Notes: generated by a model from the sequence alone, not told the origin. Shown: positions 9,655 to 19,809, counted from the first letter of the stretch. The stretch is 64,000 bases of DNA from Candidatus Iainarchaeum sp. (GCA_017609985.1 JAFCCW010000010.1:1765-65764), one strand, 5' to 3'. Translations and numbers: made by a program.

Positions 9655-11187
9655 TCAGAGAAACTCTTTTGCTTCCTCTTCATTTTGCTTTTTGCTTTCT
9701 TCAAATCTTCGTCCTGCGTCTTCAAGGCTTACTTCATGCTTTGAATCCTGGCTTTTTTTCTCTCTTACTTTGAAGAACACTGGAAAGGAAACAGCTTCTC
9801 CCACGATTAGGGCTTCTCCAACTCGGAGAGAGGTAATCATGTCAAGACTTCTCCTATCCAGAGCTTCAGCGCTTTTAGCAACATGGTCAAGATCGTAAGG
9901 ATTTGTAATTCTGAGAATAATCTTTGTATTGCACTGGCTGAGAGCAGTTGTGTCAAGCTGTATAGGTCTTTGAGAAACAAGGCAGAGGCTTGCTCCAAAT
10001 TTTCTTCCCTCTCTAGCAATCGTTCTCATGATTCCTTTTGCAATAGCAGTATCTTTTCCAGCGCGCTCTGGAATAAACTGGTGTGCTTCCTCTAAGACAA
10101 GGAGGAAAGGGGGAAGCAGCTTTTTTCTTCTATCATAGAAAAGCCTCTGGGCAAAATAGCTTACAATAATCTGCTTTTTCTTGACATTAATTATATTGCT
10201 CAAGTCAATGATTGTGAGTTTGCCTGGCTCCACAAGGTCAGAAATGCTTGGACTATCCGCTTTTGAGAAAAGCTTTAATTCTTCGAGATGAGAAATCCAG
10301 CCAAGAAGCGCAATTTTTGTGTTTTCCTTCATGTCCTTGTCTCCAGCAATAGCTGTCTGAACATCCTTCAAATCAAATGCTCCAAGGCCACGCCTCATCT
10401 CCACGTTAAGATTTGAAATAATTCTTCCCAAATCTCTTTTCTGGGCTGAAGAGAGGCCGGGAATGATTCCTGAAAGAATTCCAATGCTGAGCTTTGGAAC
10501 CCCGATTTTCACTTTCTCTGCTTTCACAAGATTTGTTTTACTGGAAAAATCCTTTTTTCCTTGTTCAGCAGGCTCTGCAAAGCTGGAGTATTCACCGTGC
10601 GGGTCAAGCACAACTGTCGCAATTCTTCCCTGCTCCTGATTTCTCTCTAAAAGCTCTTCAAAGAGAACAGACATCAAGTAACTTTTACCTCCACCGGAAA
10701 GAGCCAAAACAGCAAGATGTTTCTTCAAAAGAGAGCTTAAATTCAGCTTAACATCAAGATCGTGGTATTCAACTTTTCCAAGTTCCAATCCGGTTTCAAG
10801 GTCAAAGCCGAGGAACTGTTCCAAGTGCTTGTTGTCAGCAATCTTTACCTTTGTTCCAGGGGACGGGGGAAAAGAAGGACGCTTTACAAGTTTTTTGGAA
10901 AAAACACCAAGAGGTCTTGTCTTTGCAATTAAAAATTCCCATTCTTCTGTTGGAAACTGTTCAAATAATTTTTTTCCCTGGCTCTCAAATTCTTTGACTG
11001 ATTCAGCGCGCTCAAAATATCTGTTTGTTTTAACAACATCGTTGACAAGGCAAATCATTGTTCCCTCAGAATAGTCAAGCTCTACAAACATTCCCCTGTG
11101 AATCACGCCGGATGTCACAACAAAGTCAACACTGCTGGGAGAAGGAGATTCAAGCCCTGAAATAACTGTTCCTATTTCTTCATTCAT
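9655..11187 (-). CDS. herA: HerA bipolar DNA helicase/ATPase
   Basis: N-terminal HAS barrel, KHLAVLALSGGGKS Walker A, DPHGEY, LEEAH Walker B, REGRKFG, SQRP; downstream of nurA. Confidence 0.9.
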   Translation of the reverse strand: MNEEIGTVISGLESPSPSSVDFVVTSGVIHRGMFVELDYSEGTMICLVNDVVKTNRYFERAESVKEFESQGKKLFEQFPTEEWEFLIAKTRPLGVFSKKLVKRPSFPPSPGTKVKIADNKHLEQFLGFDLETGLELGKVEYHDLDVKLNLSSLLKKHLAVLALSGGGKSYLMSVLFEELLERNQEQGRIATVVLDPHGEYSSFAEPAEQGKKDFSSKTNLVKAEKVKIGVPKLSIGILSGIIPGLSSAQKRDLGRIISNLNVEMRRGLGAFDLKDVQTAIAGDKDMKENTKIALLGWISHLEELKLFSKADSPSISDLVEPGKLTIIDLSNIINVKKKQIIVSYFAQRLFYDRRKKLLPPFLLVLEEAHQFIPERAGKDTAIAKGIMRTIAREGRKFGASLCLVSQRPIQLDTTALSQCNTKIILRITNPYDLDHVAKSAEALDRRSLDMITSLRVGEALIVGEAVSFPVFFKVREKKSQDSKHEVSLEDAGRRFEESKKQNEEEAKEFL

Positions 11188-11384
11188 TTCTTTTCACCAA
11201 GTTTTTTTCTGAACTTATTAATTGTTTTATCATCAGCCTCTAAAATATATCCCTCAAAACCGCATTCTTCACAATAATAGTTGTTGAAGAAAGCACTTGA
11301 AACCTTCCAAGGAGTAATTGGAATCTTTATTCTCTGCGAACCGCATCTCGGGCAAAATTTTGCAAGCTTTTCTTCTTTTTCCAT
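11184..11384 (-). CDS. small Zn-ribbon protein (CPxCG...CxxCG)
   Basis: FCPRCGS...YYCEECGFEG; lies between nurA and herA and overlaps the herA start. Confidence 0.75.
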   Translation of the reverse strand: MEKEEKLAKFCPRCGSQRIKIPITPWKVSSAFFNNYYCEECGFEGYILEADDKTINKFRKKLGEKK

Positions 11385-11394
11385 TTTATTGCCT

Positions 11395-12492
11395 CTAAAA
11401 CGGGCGAGAATCACGCCTCATTCTGACATTAAATTGTCTTCCAAGCCTGTCAAGAATTTTTTCATACATTATGTTAATTTCATCAGGCCTTAGCCTTGCC
11501 CTGAGGTCTGCTTCAATCAAAACAGTTGGATAAGCATACTCGCGGTGCATTGAGCTTAACGAGTAAGTAATTGAAGCAATCTTGTCAGCTTTTTTTTCAA
11601 CATCCTTTGCATCTGCAAGAAATTCAATACGCAATGGTCTGTCATATTTTGCAGGCTTCAGATAAACAGCATGAACCATTGAAGCCCATTTTTCACTGAA
11701 ATCGGACAGAATAGGGTGGTCTTTTGCTGTTGGAGAATACTTGAAGGCAATGCTTCTCTCCCCCTGTTCCAGCAGATAGTCAAGCAAAACAGAGTCATAG
11801 CAGTTGTCCAATGCACTGCCATCAAACTCTTGTTCCTTTGAAAGCACCTGCTCCTGCAAAATTGTCCTGAATCTTGAACCGCGAGAATCCTCAATACAGG
11901 AAACAATAGTGCTCTTGTTTTCCTCTGCGGAGGTGTAAAGTGCTTCAAAAGAAGCAATAAGCTTTTTGTAAAAATCTGCGACAGCAGAATCACTTCTTGG
12001 CTTGTCCATATACTGTGGAATAATGCTGCCGTCCAAAAACATGTAATTTGGCTTAAATTTTTCAATAGTCTCTCTTGCAGTGTCTATTTCTTCAATAAGG
12101 CGCCTCATTGACTTGGAAACCTCAAACTCGTCATTGTCAAGAGCAGAATTACTCAAATACGGTCTTGGAAAAGAGAACACGCGCGGATAATAATCAGCTT
12201 TTTCAAGCTTTCCCTGTTTGTAAGAAAAAACAGCAGAAACAGTTTTGATAAGAATGATGTCAAGGGAAAACAAGCCCTTTCCAACAAAACCAGAGTCAAC
12301 ACCGGCAACTACTCCACTAACTTCTTGCGATTCAAGTTTTTTGACAAGATTTTCCTCAAGCAGTTCAGGAGAAGCGTAACCTGACAGGCTTTTTGTTTTA
12401 AGCGGAGAAAGCTTTTTTGCAAAATCTCGTCTTCCAGACTCTGCTCTGGCAATTGTTTCCACTGCATCGCTGATAACAGAATTAAACGACAT
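11395..12492 (-). CDS. nurA: NurA 5'-3' nuclease
   Basis: AGVDSG, FLDGSI, YPTVLIEADLRAR; operon with herA. Confidence 0.88.
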   Translation of the reverse strand: MSFNSVISDAVETIARAESGRRDFAKKLSPLKTKSLSGYASPELLEENLVKKLESQEVSGVVAGVDSGFVGKGLFSLDIILIKTVSAVFSYKQGKLEKADYYPRVFSFPRPYLSNSALDNDEFEVSKSMRRLIEEIDTARETIEKFKPNYMFLDGSIIPQYMDKPRSDSAVADFYKKLIASFEALYTSAEENKSTIVSCIEDSRGSRFRTILQEQVLSKEQEFDGSALDNCYDSVLLDYLLEQGERSIAFKYSPTAKDHPILSDFSEKWASMVHAVYLKPAKYDRPLRIEFLADAKDVEKKADKIASITYSLSSMHREYAYPTVLIEADLRARLRPDEINIMYEKILDRLGRQFNVRMRRDSRPF

Positions 12493-12511
12493 GAAAAAAC
12501 ATTGTTTGGAT

Positions 12512-12551
12512 GTTTATAAAAAAGCTTTCAGGCTCCGGCATTCCGGTGAAC
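12512..12551 (-). promoter_or_regulatory. nurA-herA promoter with upstream GTTCACCGGAA element
   Basis: minus-strand GTTCACCGGAA (12551-12541) and TTATAAAC TATA at 12519-12512, about 20 bp before the ATG (leaderless geometry). Confidence 0.7.
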
Positions 12552-12588
12552 AGGAAAAGAATAAATTGCCTGAAAACATTCTTTTTTA

Positions 12589-13374
12589 GTGGCTAAGAAA
12601 AAAGTAATCGCAATAGTTCCTGTATTCAATGAAGCAAGGGAAAGAAATTATCCCCTGGTTTTGAGAGCATTAACCAAGGCAAAAAAAGAAAGAATAATAG
12701 ATGGTTTTGTTGTTGTCAATGATGGGAGTACTGACAGGAGCGAAAGAATTGCGAGAAAGCACAAAGCAGAAGTTATTGGATATCCTGACAACCGGGGAAA
12801 GGGTTCTGCAGTTTTAATAGGGTTGGAGCATGCGAAGAAAGCCGGAGCAGACATTGCAGTTTTGCTTGACGCTGATTTAGAAAATTTATGTTCTGCACAT
12901 ATTCAACAGCTTGTTGAACCAGTTGCAACAGGCAAAACAGTTATGGCGGTTGGAAATCCAAGAGAAGCAGGAAAGTTTCCTTTAGATATTACTAATTCAG
13001 GTGAACGCGCTCTTGACTTGTCCGACAAATACTTTGGGGGCTGGATTGAAAGAAAGCAATGGAGTGATTTTTTACAGACCAGCAGGTTTGGAGTTGAACT
13101 TGCTCTAAACTATTTTGCAGAGCAAATGACTCGCAAAAATTATGCGCAAAGACACAGATTAATCAATTTTTCTCCCCCTTTGAATTCTGCATTACCTTAT
13201 AGAAAGTCTCGTAATGCTGATGATATTCAATTTCGTGAAATTGACCGAGCCAAGGACTTTATTTCGGCAAGGATTGAAAAAGTAAAAGCTTGGAAACATA
13301 AACAAGCAAAGAAGAGACACGAGGCAAGACTGAAGGAATACGAAGCAAGAGCCGGAAAGGGACATATTAAATAA
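12589..13374 (+). CDS. glycosyltransferase family 2 (GT-A)
   Basis: IVPVFNE, VVNDGSTD, NRGKG, LDAD, SGERA, FGVE. Confidence 0.85.
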   Translation: MAKKKVIAIVPVFNEARERNYPLVLRALTKAKKERIIDGFVVVNDGSTDRSERIARKHKAEVIGYPDNRGKGSAVLIGLEHAKKAGADIAVLLDADLENLCSAHIQQLVEPVATGKTVMAVGNPREAGKFPLDITNSGERALDLSDKYFGGWIERKQWSDFLQTSRFGVELALNYFAEQMTRKNYAQRHRLINFSPPLNSALPYRKSRNADDIQFREIDRAKDFISARIEKVKAWKHKQAKKRHEARLKEYEARAGKGHIK

Positions 13375-13486
13375 TCTGATAACTTAACAACCTAATCTGC
13401 AAATTCTTTAATAAAATTCTTTCAAATCTCAATACAAAAACCTTAAATTCCAGTTAAGCACTCAGTTTTAAAGGAGGGGATGTTTT

Positions 13487-13696
13487 GTGATAAAATCTGA
13501 AATACTGAACAGTGTTTTGATTGTAGCAGGTTTGGGAATAGCTGTGATTTCAACAGGAATTACTGGTGTTCAAACAGCAGCATTTGCTGGTCCAGCAGAG
13601 CTTGGAAGTTTTGCAGGATTTAATGCTGTCGGGGTTGCTGCAGGAATAGTTGTTCTGTTGATTGGTCTTGTTTTGGCTGCCGGGAATGAGAAATAA
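13487..13696 (+). CDS. small two-helix membrane protein
   Basis: GGAGG RBS, two hydrophobic Gly/Ala-rich segments. Confidence 0.7.
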   Translation: MIKSEILNSVLIVAGLGIAVISTGITGVQTAAFAGPAELGSFAGFNAVGVAAGIVVLLIGLVLAAGNEK

Positions 13697-13726
13697 GTTT
13701 TTATAGTTTAAAGCTATTATTTTTCC

Positions 13727-14431
13727 ATGGTTGATTCGCTTTCAATAGAGCTTGTTTTAAGCCAACTTCAGGCAGATTTTTTGCCAATGGCAATTTACGC
13801 ATTAGCAATTGTTTTGTACGGAATAATTGTCTGGAATTTTTACAGCAGTCTTGGAAGACGAGATATATTTCACGCAGAACACGAGCATGGCATTGGCTGG
13901 GTTGTAAAACTAAGAAACAGTGTGAGAAGTGTTTCACTATTTCTTGATTACTTAATTGTTTTTCCTTTAATCAGCGTAATCTGGTTCTGCATTCTTTCTT
14001 TGTTCATGATATTGTTTTCAAGCACAACCAATATTCAGGAAAAAATGATTATATCTGTTGCATTAATTTTTGCAACAAGAATCGCTGCTTACTATAATGA
14101 AGATCTTGCAAAAGATCTTGCAAAGATTATTCCCTTTGGTCTCTTAGGCGTTTATCTTGCAGACCCGAAGTTTTTCTCGCTTGATTTAGCAATAAACCAG
14201 TTCATGCAGATTCAAAATGTTGAAGTTCTTTCAAAAATATCTGTTTCCATTGCCCTTATTATAATGTTGGAATGGGGTCTGAGGCTTCTTTACAAGCTAA
14301 AGGTTCTTGCTCTTGGAGAAGCAGAGGATGGAGACGAAGTTGAAGTTGAAGAAGTAATTGAAGAAAAAATAGAGGAAAAAGTAGAAGAAAAGCTTAATCA
14401 AAAAGTAAAACAAATAGAAAAAACAAAATAA
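13727..14431 (+). CDS. membrane protein with acidic tail
   Basis: several hydrophobic segments, RIAAYYNEDLAKDLAK. Confidence 0.75.
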   Translation: MVDSLSIELVLSQLQADFLPMAIYALAIVLYGIIVWNFYSSLGRRDIFHAEHEHGIGWVVKLRNSVRSVSLFLDYLIVFPLISVIWFCILSLFMILFSSTTNIQEKMIISVALIFATRIAAYYNEDLAKDLAKIIPFGLLGVYLADPKFFSLDLAINQFMQIQNVEVLSKISVSIALIIMLEWGLRLLYKLKVLALGEAEDGDEVEVEEVIEEKIEEKVEEKLNQKVKQIEKTK

Positions 14432-14456
14432 TTCTTCTTTTTTTGGAGTAGTTTTT

Positions 14457-15368
14457 ATGAGAAAAGGATATTTGATAGTGTTATTGCTGGCAGTGCTCTG
14501 GTCGTTTCCACCAATTATCATAACTGTGCTTGGAGGCTATTTTGATGCTTTTTCTCAAAACTTTTACAGGTTTTTTTCAGCAGCAGTATTTCTCATAATT
14601 ATTTCCTATTTGCACAAAAAAGACGAATTTATTGCTACTCTTAGAAATCTTCGTCAGTTTATTCTCCCATTTTCTCTGATATCCCTTTTTCAAACACTGT
14701 TTGTTATTGGAATTTATCTGACTAGTCCCGCAATAACTGCCTTTGTTTCAAAGCTTGACGTAGTGTTTGTTGTTATTTTTGCATATTTTATGTTCAAGGA
14801 TGAGAGAATGATTATAATGCACAAAGAATTTCTTGTTCCCGCATTACTTGCCTTTGTTGGAGTAATAGGAGTTGTGCTTGGAAAAGGAGGGGAAATAGGC
14901 ATTACTTCCGGCGCGCTGATTATTGTGTTTGCAGCAATGCTTTGGGGGCTTTACATAAATACAGTAAAAAAAGCAGTTTCTCACATAAATCCATTAATAG
15001 CTGTCACTTTCATCTATTCACTTTCAACAATCGTCTTGCTGGGAATAGCTCTTGTTTTTGGAAAAATGGAAAGCATTCTATCAGCTCCTGTTGAAATAAA
15101 CCTGCTGTTGATTATTTCAGGAATTCTGTTTGTAGGAATAGCAAATGCAATGAACTATTTTGTAATAAAGGATATTGGGGCTTCCCTTACTGCAAACTTT
15201 CTTTTAATAACTCCTTTTCTTACTGCTCTTTTTTCAAATATTATTCTCGGAGAAGAAATAACAATTGTCCAGCTTTTCTTTGGACTGATTTTGTTAACTG
15301 GTCTTGGATTGCTTGCAAAATACAGAAAGCTATTTGAAGAACATATTGTTACGCATTCTTCCAAATAA
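14457..15368 (+). CDS. DMT/EamA family transporter
   Basis: about 300 aa, about 10 TM segments in two repeats, ILGEEIT motif. Confidence 0.85.
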   Translation: MRKGYLIVLLLAVLWSFPPIIITVLGGYFDAFSQNFYRFFSAAVFLIIISYLHKKDEFIATLRNLRQFILPFSLISLFQTLFVIGIYLTSPAITAFVSKLDVVFVVIFAYFMFKDERMIIMHKEFLVPALLAFVGVIGVVLGKGGEIGITSGALIIVFAAMLWGLYINTVKKAVSHINPLIAVTFIYSLSTIVLLGIALVFGKMESILSAPVEINLLLIISGILFVGIANAMNYFVIKDIGASLTANFLLITPFLTALFSNIILGEEITIVQLFFGLILLTGLGLLAKYRKLFEEHIVTHSSK

Positions 15369-15445
15369 TTAATTAGCCTGGTTTCTTTTCCTTATTTTGC
15401 TTCTTTTTTTCTTTTCTGTATTTTCTTTCTCTTTTTTTATTTTCC

Positions 15446-15910
15446 TTATTTTTCTTCTTTGTCTTCCACTTCTTCGCTTACTTCTTTAGGTTCACTTTCA
15501 GTTTTGCTTTCTTCTGCTGTTTCTTCTGTTGCAAAATCAAATTCTTCTCCTTGAACAAGCATTTTGAAAGCATTGTTGACAAAGCCAAATATTACAAAAG
15601 AGTAAATAGTCAGTCCAATAAGCTCAAACCAAATCGTCCCGAATAAAGGGAGGAGTGCTGCAATAACCACTAAAAGGAGAGCACTTTCTTTTGAAATCAT
15701 TAATTCAATTCCTGTGAGGATTAGCCAGATAACTACAAACAGCTGAGCATAGTAAAAATCAATAGAGCCGGTTATTAAAAAAAATCCAGCCACAATCAAG
15801 ATTATTTTCAGTTTTTCTACTCCGCCTGATTTGAAGAAAAAAATAGCTATTGCAATCCAGATTATGAGAGTTAAAACAGCAGAATAATATTCAAGAGCAA
15901 GCTCAAGCAT
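15446..15910 (-). CDS. membrane protein with acidic tail
   Basis: 4-5 hydrophobic segments; ATG 15910. Confidence 0.7.
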   Translation of the reverse strand: MLELALEYYSAVLTLIIWIAIAIFFFKSGGVEKLKIILIVAGFFLITGSIDFYYAQLFVVIWLILTGIELMISKESALLLVVIAALLPLFGTIWFELIGLTIYSFVIFGFVNNAFKMLVQGEEFDFATEETAEESKTESEPKEVSEEVEDKEEK

Positions 15911-15974
15911 TAAATATTTTTTGAGCAAAACATTTATAATAAAGATAAAAGCCTATAATACTCTTGGTGTGGGA

Positions 15975-16808
15975 ATGACAATATCTTGTAAATATGTTTA
16001 TTTTTCTCTGTTTCTTGTATTGCTGTTGGGTTTTTCATTTTCTTCCCCAATAATAACTGGGTTTGATTTTCCCTCGGAAAAGCTTAATGTTGGAAAAGCA
16101 AAAATTGAAGTTTTTGCAGACAGCAAAAACGAAGTCAAAGAAAAAAATGAACAGAACAACAAAAAAATAACTGTTTTTGAGAGAATAGGCGGGCAATTTT
16201 GCTTGCTTGAAAAATGCGGAAACTGGGTTGATGATGACTGGGATGGATTGATTGATGAGGGATGTCCCTGCAATGAAGGCGAAAAACAGGACTGTGGTTT
16301 TGAAATAGGTTCGTGTTCCAAAGGAGTTCAGGTTTGTTTTGAGGGTCTTTGGAGCGGAGACTGCATTGGAGCAGTACTTCCAAAAGAGGAAGTTTGCGAT
16401 AACCTGACAGATGATGATTGTGATGGGCTAGTGGATGAATGGTGTGGTTTAGGCAGAATTTACTCTTTTGATATTTTTGTAACAAAAGAAAATCTTCTTT
16501 TTGGAATGAAAGTTGTTCCTGATGATTCTGAGGGCGTGTTTGCAAAAATTAAGAACAAAAAAAACCAGGAAGACAGGAATGCGTCATCAACTCAGCTTTA
16601 TCGAGAAAGACACGGAGACTTTGATTTAAGAAGTTTTGAAGGAGAAGGAGTTGAGGAAAACAGTGATTACAATCTTTCAGTTCAATCAGACGCAATCGAA
16701 GAAGGCAGAGCAGAGCATTCTTTCAGAACTTGGCTTGCTTCCTTTGCTGATAAATTCAAAAAGAAAAAAACACAAAAAGATAAAACTAGAATAAGTTCGT
16801 ATACATAA
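15975..16808 (+). CDS. secreted protein with MopE-related Cys/Asp metal-binding repeats
   Basis: signal-like N-terminus; EKCGNWVDDDWDGLIDEGC and EVCDNLTDDDCDGLVDE repeats. Confidence 0.7.
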   Translation: MTISCKYVYFSLFLVLLLGFSFSSPIITGFDFPSEKLNVGKAKIEVFADSKNEVKEKNEQNNKKITVFERIGGQFCLLEKCGNWVDDDWDGLIDEGCPCNEGEKQDCGFEIGSCSKGVQVCFEGLWSGDCIGAVLPKEEVCDNLTDDDCDGLVDEWCGLGRIYSFDIFVTKENLLFGMKVVPDDSEGVFAKIKNKKNQEDRNASSTQLYRERHGDFDLRSFEGEGVEENSDYNLSVQSDAIEEGRAEHSFRTWLASFADKFKKKKTQKDKTRISSYT

Positions 16809-17299
16809 CACCTTAGGAAACACATTCTTACTCAAAGAAAAAAACTATTTCTCTTTAAAAAATGCTTTTTTCGCCCTTATTTGCCCCCAAAACCCTACCC
16901 CTTGTGCATTAAAAGAAGAAAAAACAATTTTTGGTTTGAATTGCTTTGCTTTATTTCTTAAAAAGTTAGTAATGATAACAAAAATGGTGTTTATTATTTG
17001 ATTTTTGTGTTTGTTTTTTTACTTGTTTATTTCTTGTGGTTGGGAATTTGCAAGTTAGTTGCTGTGCAAACAGAAGAAATAATCAAGGGTGTTGCTCTTT
17101 TGATATTGGTTTCTAGCGCAGGCGACTTGAAAAAACATGTTTTTGCAATCATTGCAAGGAAAGTCTGAGTTTTGATTCTTGTTTGTTGATTTGATTTGTT
17201 TTTTTGTTCTTGAGGGGATTGTTTTTATTGCAATATTGTTCAAATTCGGTTCTAAACCCATAAAAAGTATAAGTATACATAATTATTTTAGTGTTTTTT

Positions 17300-17698
17300 T
17301 TATAATATCCTTGGTTTGAATGGTTTTTTTGGTGGTTCGCTCTTATGTTCTGCCTGACATCTGGCCAATCTTTCCACTTGATTTCTACCTTGTGTTTCAA
17401 TCAAGTCAAGGTCGTGGCCTTTTGAAACACGATCTAACACTAGTTCAAGAGCAGTTTCGAATGAATTTGGAACAAAAGAGTTTGGAGCAAGCCTGAAAAG
17501 AGTGTTTGCGACCCTGAAAACTCCTTTAATGTCAATTTGACCATTCGGATTTGGAGCGGAGCCTTCAACTCTTATTATTTTTTGCCTTCTTTCAATCGCT
17601 CTTATCTTTGCAAGCTGTTCTTTTACATATTCAAGGTCAAGAGAGAATCTTTTTGCGATTCTTTCAGTAAAAGCTTTGTCAAAATCCATGTTTGCCAT
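17300..17698 (-). CDS. hypothetical protein
   Basis: ATG 17698 (MANMDFDK...), directly downstream of a small Zn-finger ORF. Confidence 0.6.
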   Translation of the reverse strand: MANMDFDKAFTERIAKRFSLDLEYVKEQLAKIRAIERRQKIIRVEGSAPNPNGQIDIKGVFRVANTLFRLAPNSFVPNSFETALELVLDRVSKGHDLDLIETQGRNQVERLARCQAEHKSEPPKKPFKPRIL

Positions 17699-17717
17699 AA
17701 AAAAATATGGTTTTGTT

Positions 17718-17825
17718 CTATTTATTGTTTGCTCTTTCATGAACAAACCTGCATCTATTGCATCTGAATCTTGTTTCTGTTCCGGAAATGCGGGTGCTTC
17801 CGCAAGCAGGGCATTTTTTCACCAT
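17718..17825 (-). CDS. CPxCG-type micro zinc-finger protein (35 aa, not in ORF track)
   Basis: MVKKCPACGSTRISGTETRFRCNRCRFVHERANNK. Confidence 0.75.
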   Translation of the reverse strand: MVKKCPACGSTRISGTETRFRCNRCRFVHERANNK

Positions 17826-17874
17826 ACAGTTTTTAAGGATGCTAATCATTAAAATAAATTACTAAGGTGCTTGA

Positions 17875-18165
17875 ATGGATAGGAACACAGGTTTATGGTT
17901 TCAGCCTTCACCAGTTGGAGGCATATTTGGCTTTTTTGGCTGGATTTCATCAATTCTTGCAGGACTATTCATATTTCTGCTGGGATTGGTTTTTCAGTTT
18001 GTTTATTATGCAATCTATTTGCCGGAACAGCCAATAACTTATGGCGGGCTGGCTTCAATATTGCTTACATCGCTTTTTGCAGGAATTGTAACAGCAGTGC
18101 TTGCAAAGCTGTTTTCAAAACCGCCAAATCCAAGACAGAGAACAAGAAGAATAGTTGTTGAATAA
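17875..18165 (+). CDS. small membrane protein
   Basis: two TM segments, basic tail, AGGTG RBS. Confidence 0.7.
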   Translation: MDRNTGLWFQPSPVGGIFGFFGWISSILAGLFIFLLGLVFQFVYYAIYLPEQPITYGGLASILLTSLFAGIVTAVLAKLFSKPPNPRQRTRRIVVE

Positions 18166-18184
18166 GAATAATTGTGGAATAATT

Positions 18185-18646
18185 TCAGTAAGGTTTTGAC
18201 AAGAGACTGTTTCCAAATGCTTTTTCAAGAACAGTTGTTGTTCTTGCCTTTTTGAATCTTACTCGCGCAACAAGCTCTGGTTCTTTAGCAAAATGTCTTA
18301 AAACAGCTAAAACTCGTTCTCTTCGCGGGCTTTTTAACTCTGTTTTTTCAGGATCCTTCAATCTTTCAATTTCTTTCTCGATTGGGTGAAAGTGGGTGAG
18401 AGTGTAAAGAACTCGGAAAGGATGTATTCTCTGTTGTTTTGCAAAAGAATCAATTTTTTGCACATCCAAAGCAGTAAGCCTGTTTTCTGGTTTGCTGTAA
18501 CAGCTTTCAATGCACTTAGTCCAGAATGCTTTGTGTTTCTCCATATTTCTTGCAGAAATTTCTGCTCTTTTTTGCTTGCTGAATGGAAATTCAAGTCTTT
18601 CCGGTTTTGCTTGTTTTACTGGTTTTGCTGATTTTCTCACAGGCAT
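18185..18646 (-). CDS. basic hypothetical protein
   Basis: 153-aa ORF starting MPVRKSAK. Confidence 0.6.
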   Translation of the reverse strand: MPVRKSAKPVKQAKPERLEFPFSKQKRAEISARNMEKHKAFWTKCIESCYSKPENRLTALDVQKIDSFAKQQRIHPFRVLYTLTHFHPIEKEIERLKDPEKTELKSPRRERVLAVLRHFAKEPELVARVRFKKARTTTVLEKAFGNSLLSKPY

Positions 18647-18797
18647 TAAAAGAAAACGAGGTTATACAATAAAATTCTTTCCCTTTTTTGGAAACAATTA
18701 AATTTCTGACAGCTATTTATATTTTTGAGCTGATAAAATTCCATTTTCACGAGTTGTCAAAGCTGTAAGAACTGCTGTTGAAAAAAGAAAGAGAATT

Positions 18798-19286
18798 GTG
18801 AAAGAAAATGCAAAACTAAATGCAATCAGTTATGCAAAAACTGTTCTTCTTCAAGGCGGGAGCGAAGCAAGGCTTGATAAGATTCAGACAGCTATATCTC
18901 ACATAGTGGGTGATCAAGAACAATGCAGGCATCTTTTGGAAGTAGTTCCAAACGGAAGATTTGAAGGAAATAGTCTTGCTTTTTCAATATTAAGAGCCTC
19001 AATAGAAGCAGCAGGAAATATAGCTGAGGAACGTGAGGGCGGGAAGAGGTATGCAGGAAAATTGATTAATTTTTGGCTTGCAAGGTCTGTTGGGCCAGGC
19101 GGATTCCAAAAAAATCTTGGCTGGGAACTTTCTTCGCTGAAAACAGGAAGAAATGAGTTAGGGGAAAAATCAGCAGTTTCGAAAAGAATGCAAGGAGTAG
19201 TGCTCTCAGAAGAAGTTATCTACAATCAGATTACGAGAATGCTCAAGCAAAACAGAATAAGCCTTCACGAAAACAGGCTGAAATAA
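18798..19286 (+). CDS. hypothetical protein
   Basis: 162-aa ORF; frame is open further upstream so the start is uncertain. Confidence 0.55.
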   Translation: MKENAKLNAISYAKTVLLQGGSEARLDKIQTAISHIVGDQEQCRHLLEVVPNGRFEGNSLAFSILRASIEAAGNIAEEREGGKRYAGKLINFWLARSVGPGGFQKNLGWELSSLKTGRNELGEKSAVSKRMQGVVLSEEVIYNQITRMLKQNRISLHENRLK

Positions 19287-19369
19287 GCTGTTCACTTTTT
19301 ATCAGTATTTATTTAAACAATGCACAGGCACTATTTGTTCAATGAAAAAACCATTTTGGAGGTGAAAAA

Positions 19370-19588
19370 ATGTTTAGTGAAATAAGATTTGGTGGAATAG
19401 TGTTAAGCGTGCTGTTGCTGTCCTGGGGAATAACCTGGCTTGGCAATGACCTTGGCTGGTGGAGCATAGTGTTTCCGTTCTGACCAGTGATAGTTATTGC
19501 TCTGGGAATTGGAATGCTAATTGGTTCGCTGAAAAAAATCAATTTGCCTTTAGTTTCGTTGAAACAATTTATTATCTTTAATCACTGA
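19370..19588 (+). pseudogene. LiaF/DUF5668-like small membrane protein with in-frame TGA
   Basis: GGAGGTG RBS; ...WLGNDLGWWSIVFPF*PVIVIALGIGML...; TGA at 19481 sits where the family has W of WPxxxI. Confidence 0.6.
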
Positions 19589-19590
19589 AA

Positions 19591-19630
19591 GTTCACCGGA
19601 AACCCTGGGGGCATCGCTTTGCTTTTAAAG
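19591..19630 (+). promoter_or_regulatory. promoter with GTTCACCGGAA element upstream of small Zn-finger ORF
   Basis: GTTCACCGGAAACCCTGGGGG from 19591; TTTTAAAG at 19623. Confidence 0.65.
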
Positions 19631-19671
19631 AAAAAAGACGAACTATTAGTCCTAAAAAGGAGGTTGATTAA

Positions 19672-19809
19672 ATGGAAAGAATTGAAGCAAAATGCAGGAT
19701 TTGTGGAGAAATAATAACTGGAAGGAATGCAGATAGTTTTAGAACAAACTGGTACCAGCACGAATTGGATTCAGAAAAACATGTTGCTTGCGCGCTAGCA
19801 AAATGCTGA
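19672..19809 (+). CDS. small C2H2-like zinc-binding protein (45 aa, not in ORF track)
   Basis: AGGAGG RBS; MERIEAKCRICGEIITG...WYQHELDSEKHVAC... Confidence 0.7.
   Translation: MERIEAKCRICGEIITGRNADSFRTNWYQHELDSEKHVACALAKC

Noticed and set aside
16972-17263. Possible decayed membrane-protein gene on + strand
   Set aside because: Hydrophobic-looking fragments with multiple stops and no recognisable family; may be T-rich intergenic DNA.
19481-19483. Genome-wide TGA-to-Trp recoding
   Set aside because: TGA is the normal stop of conserved genes here (herA, cdc6, nac, sepF) and Trp is encoded by TGG.
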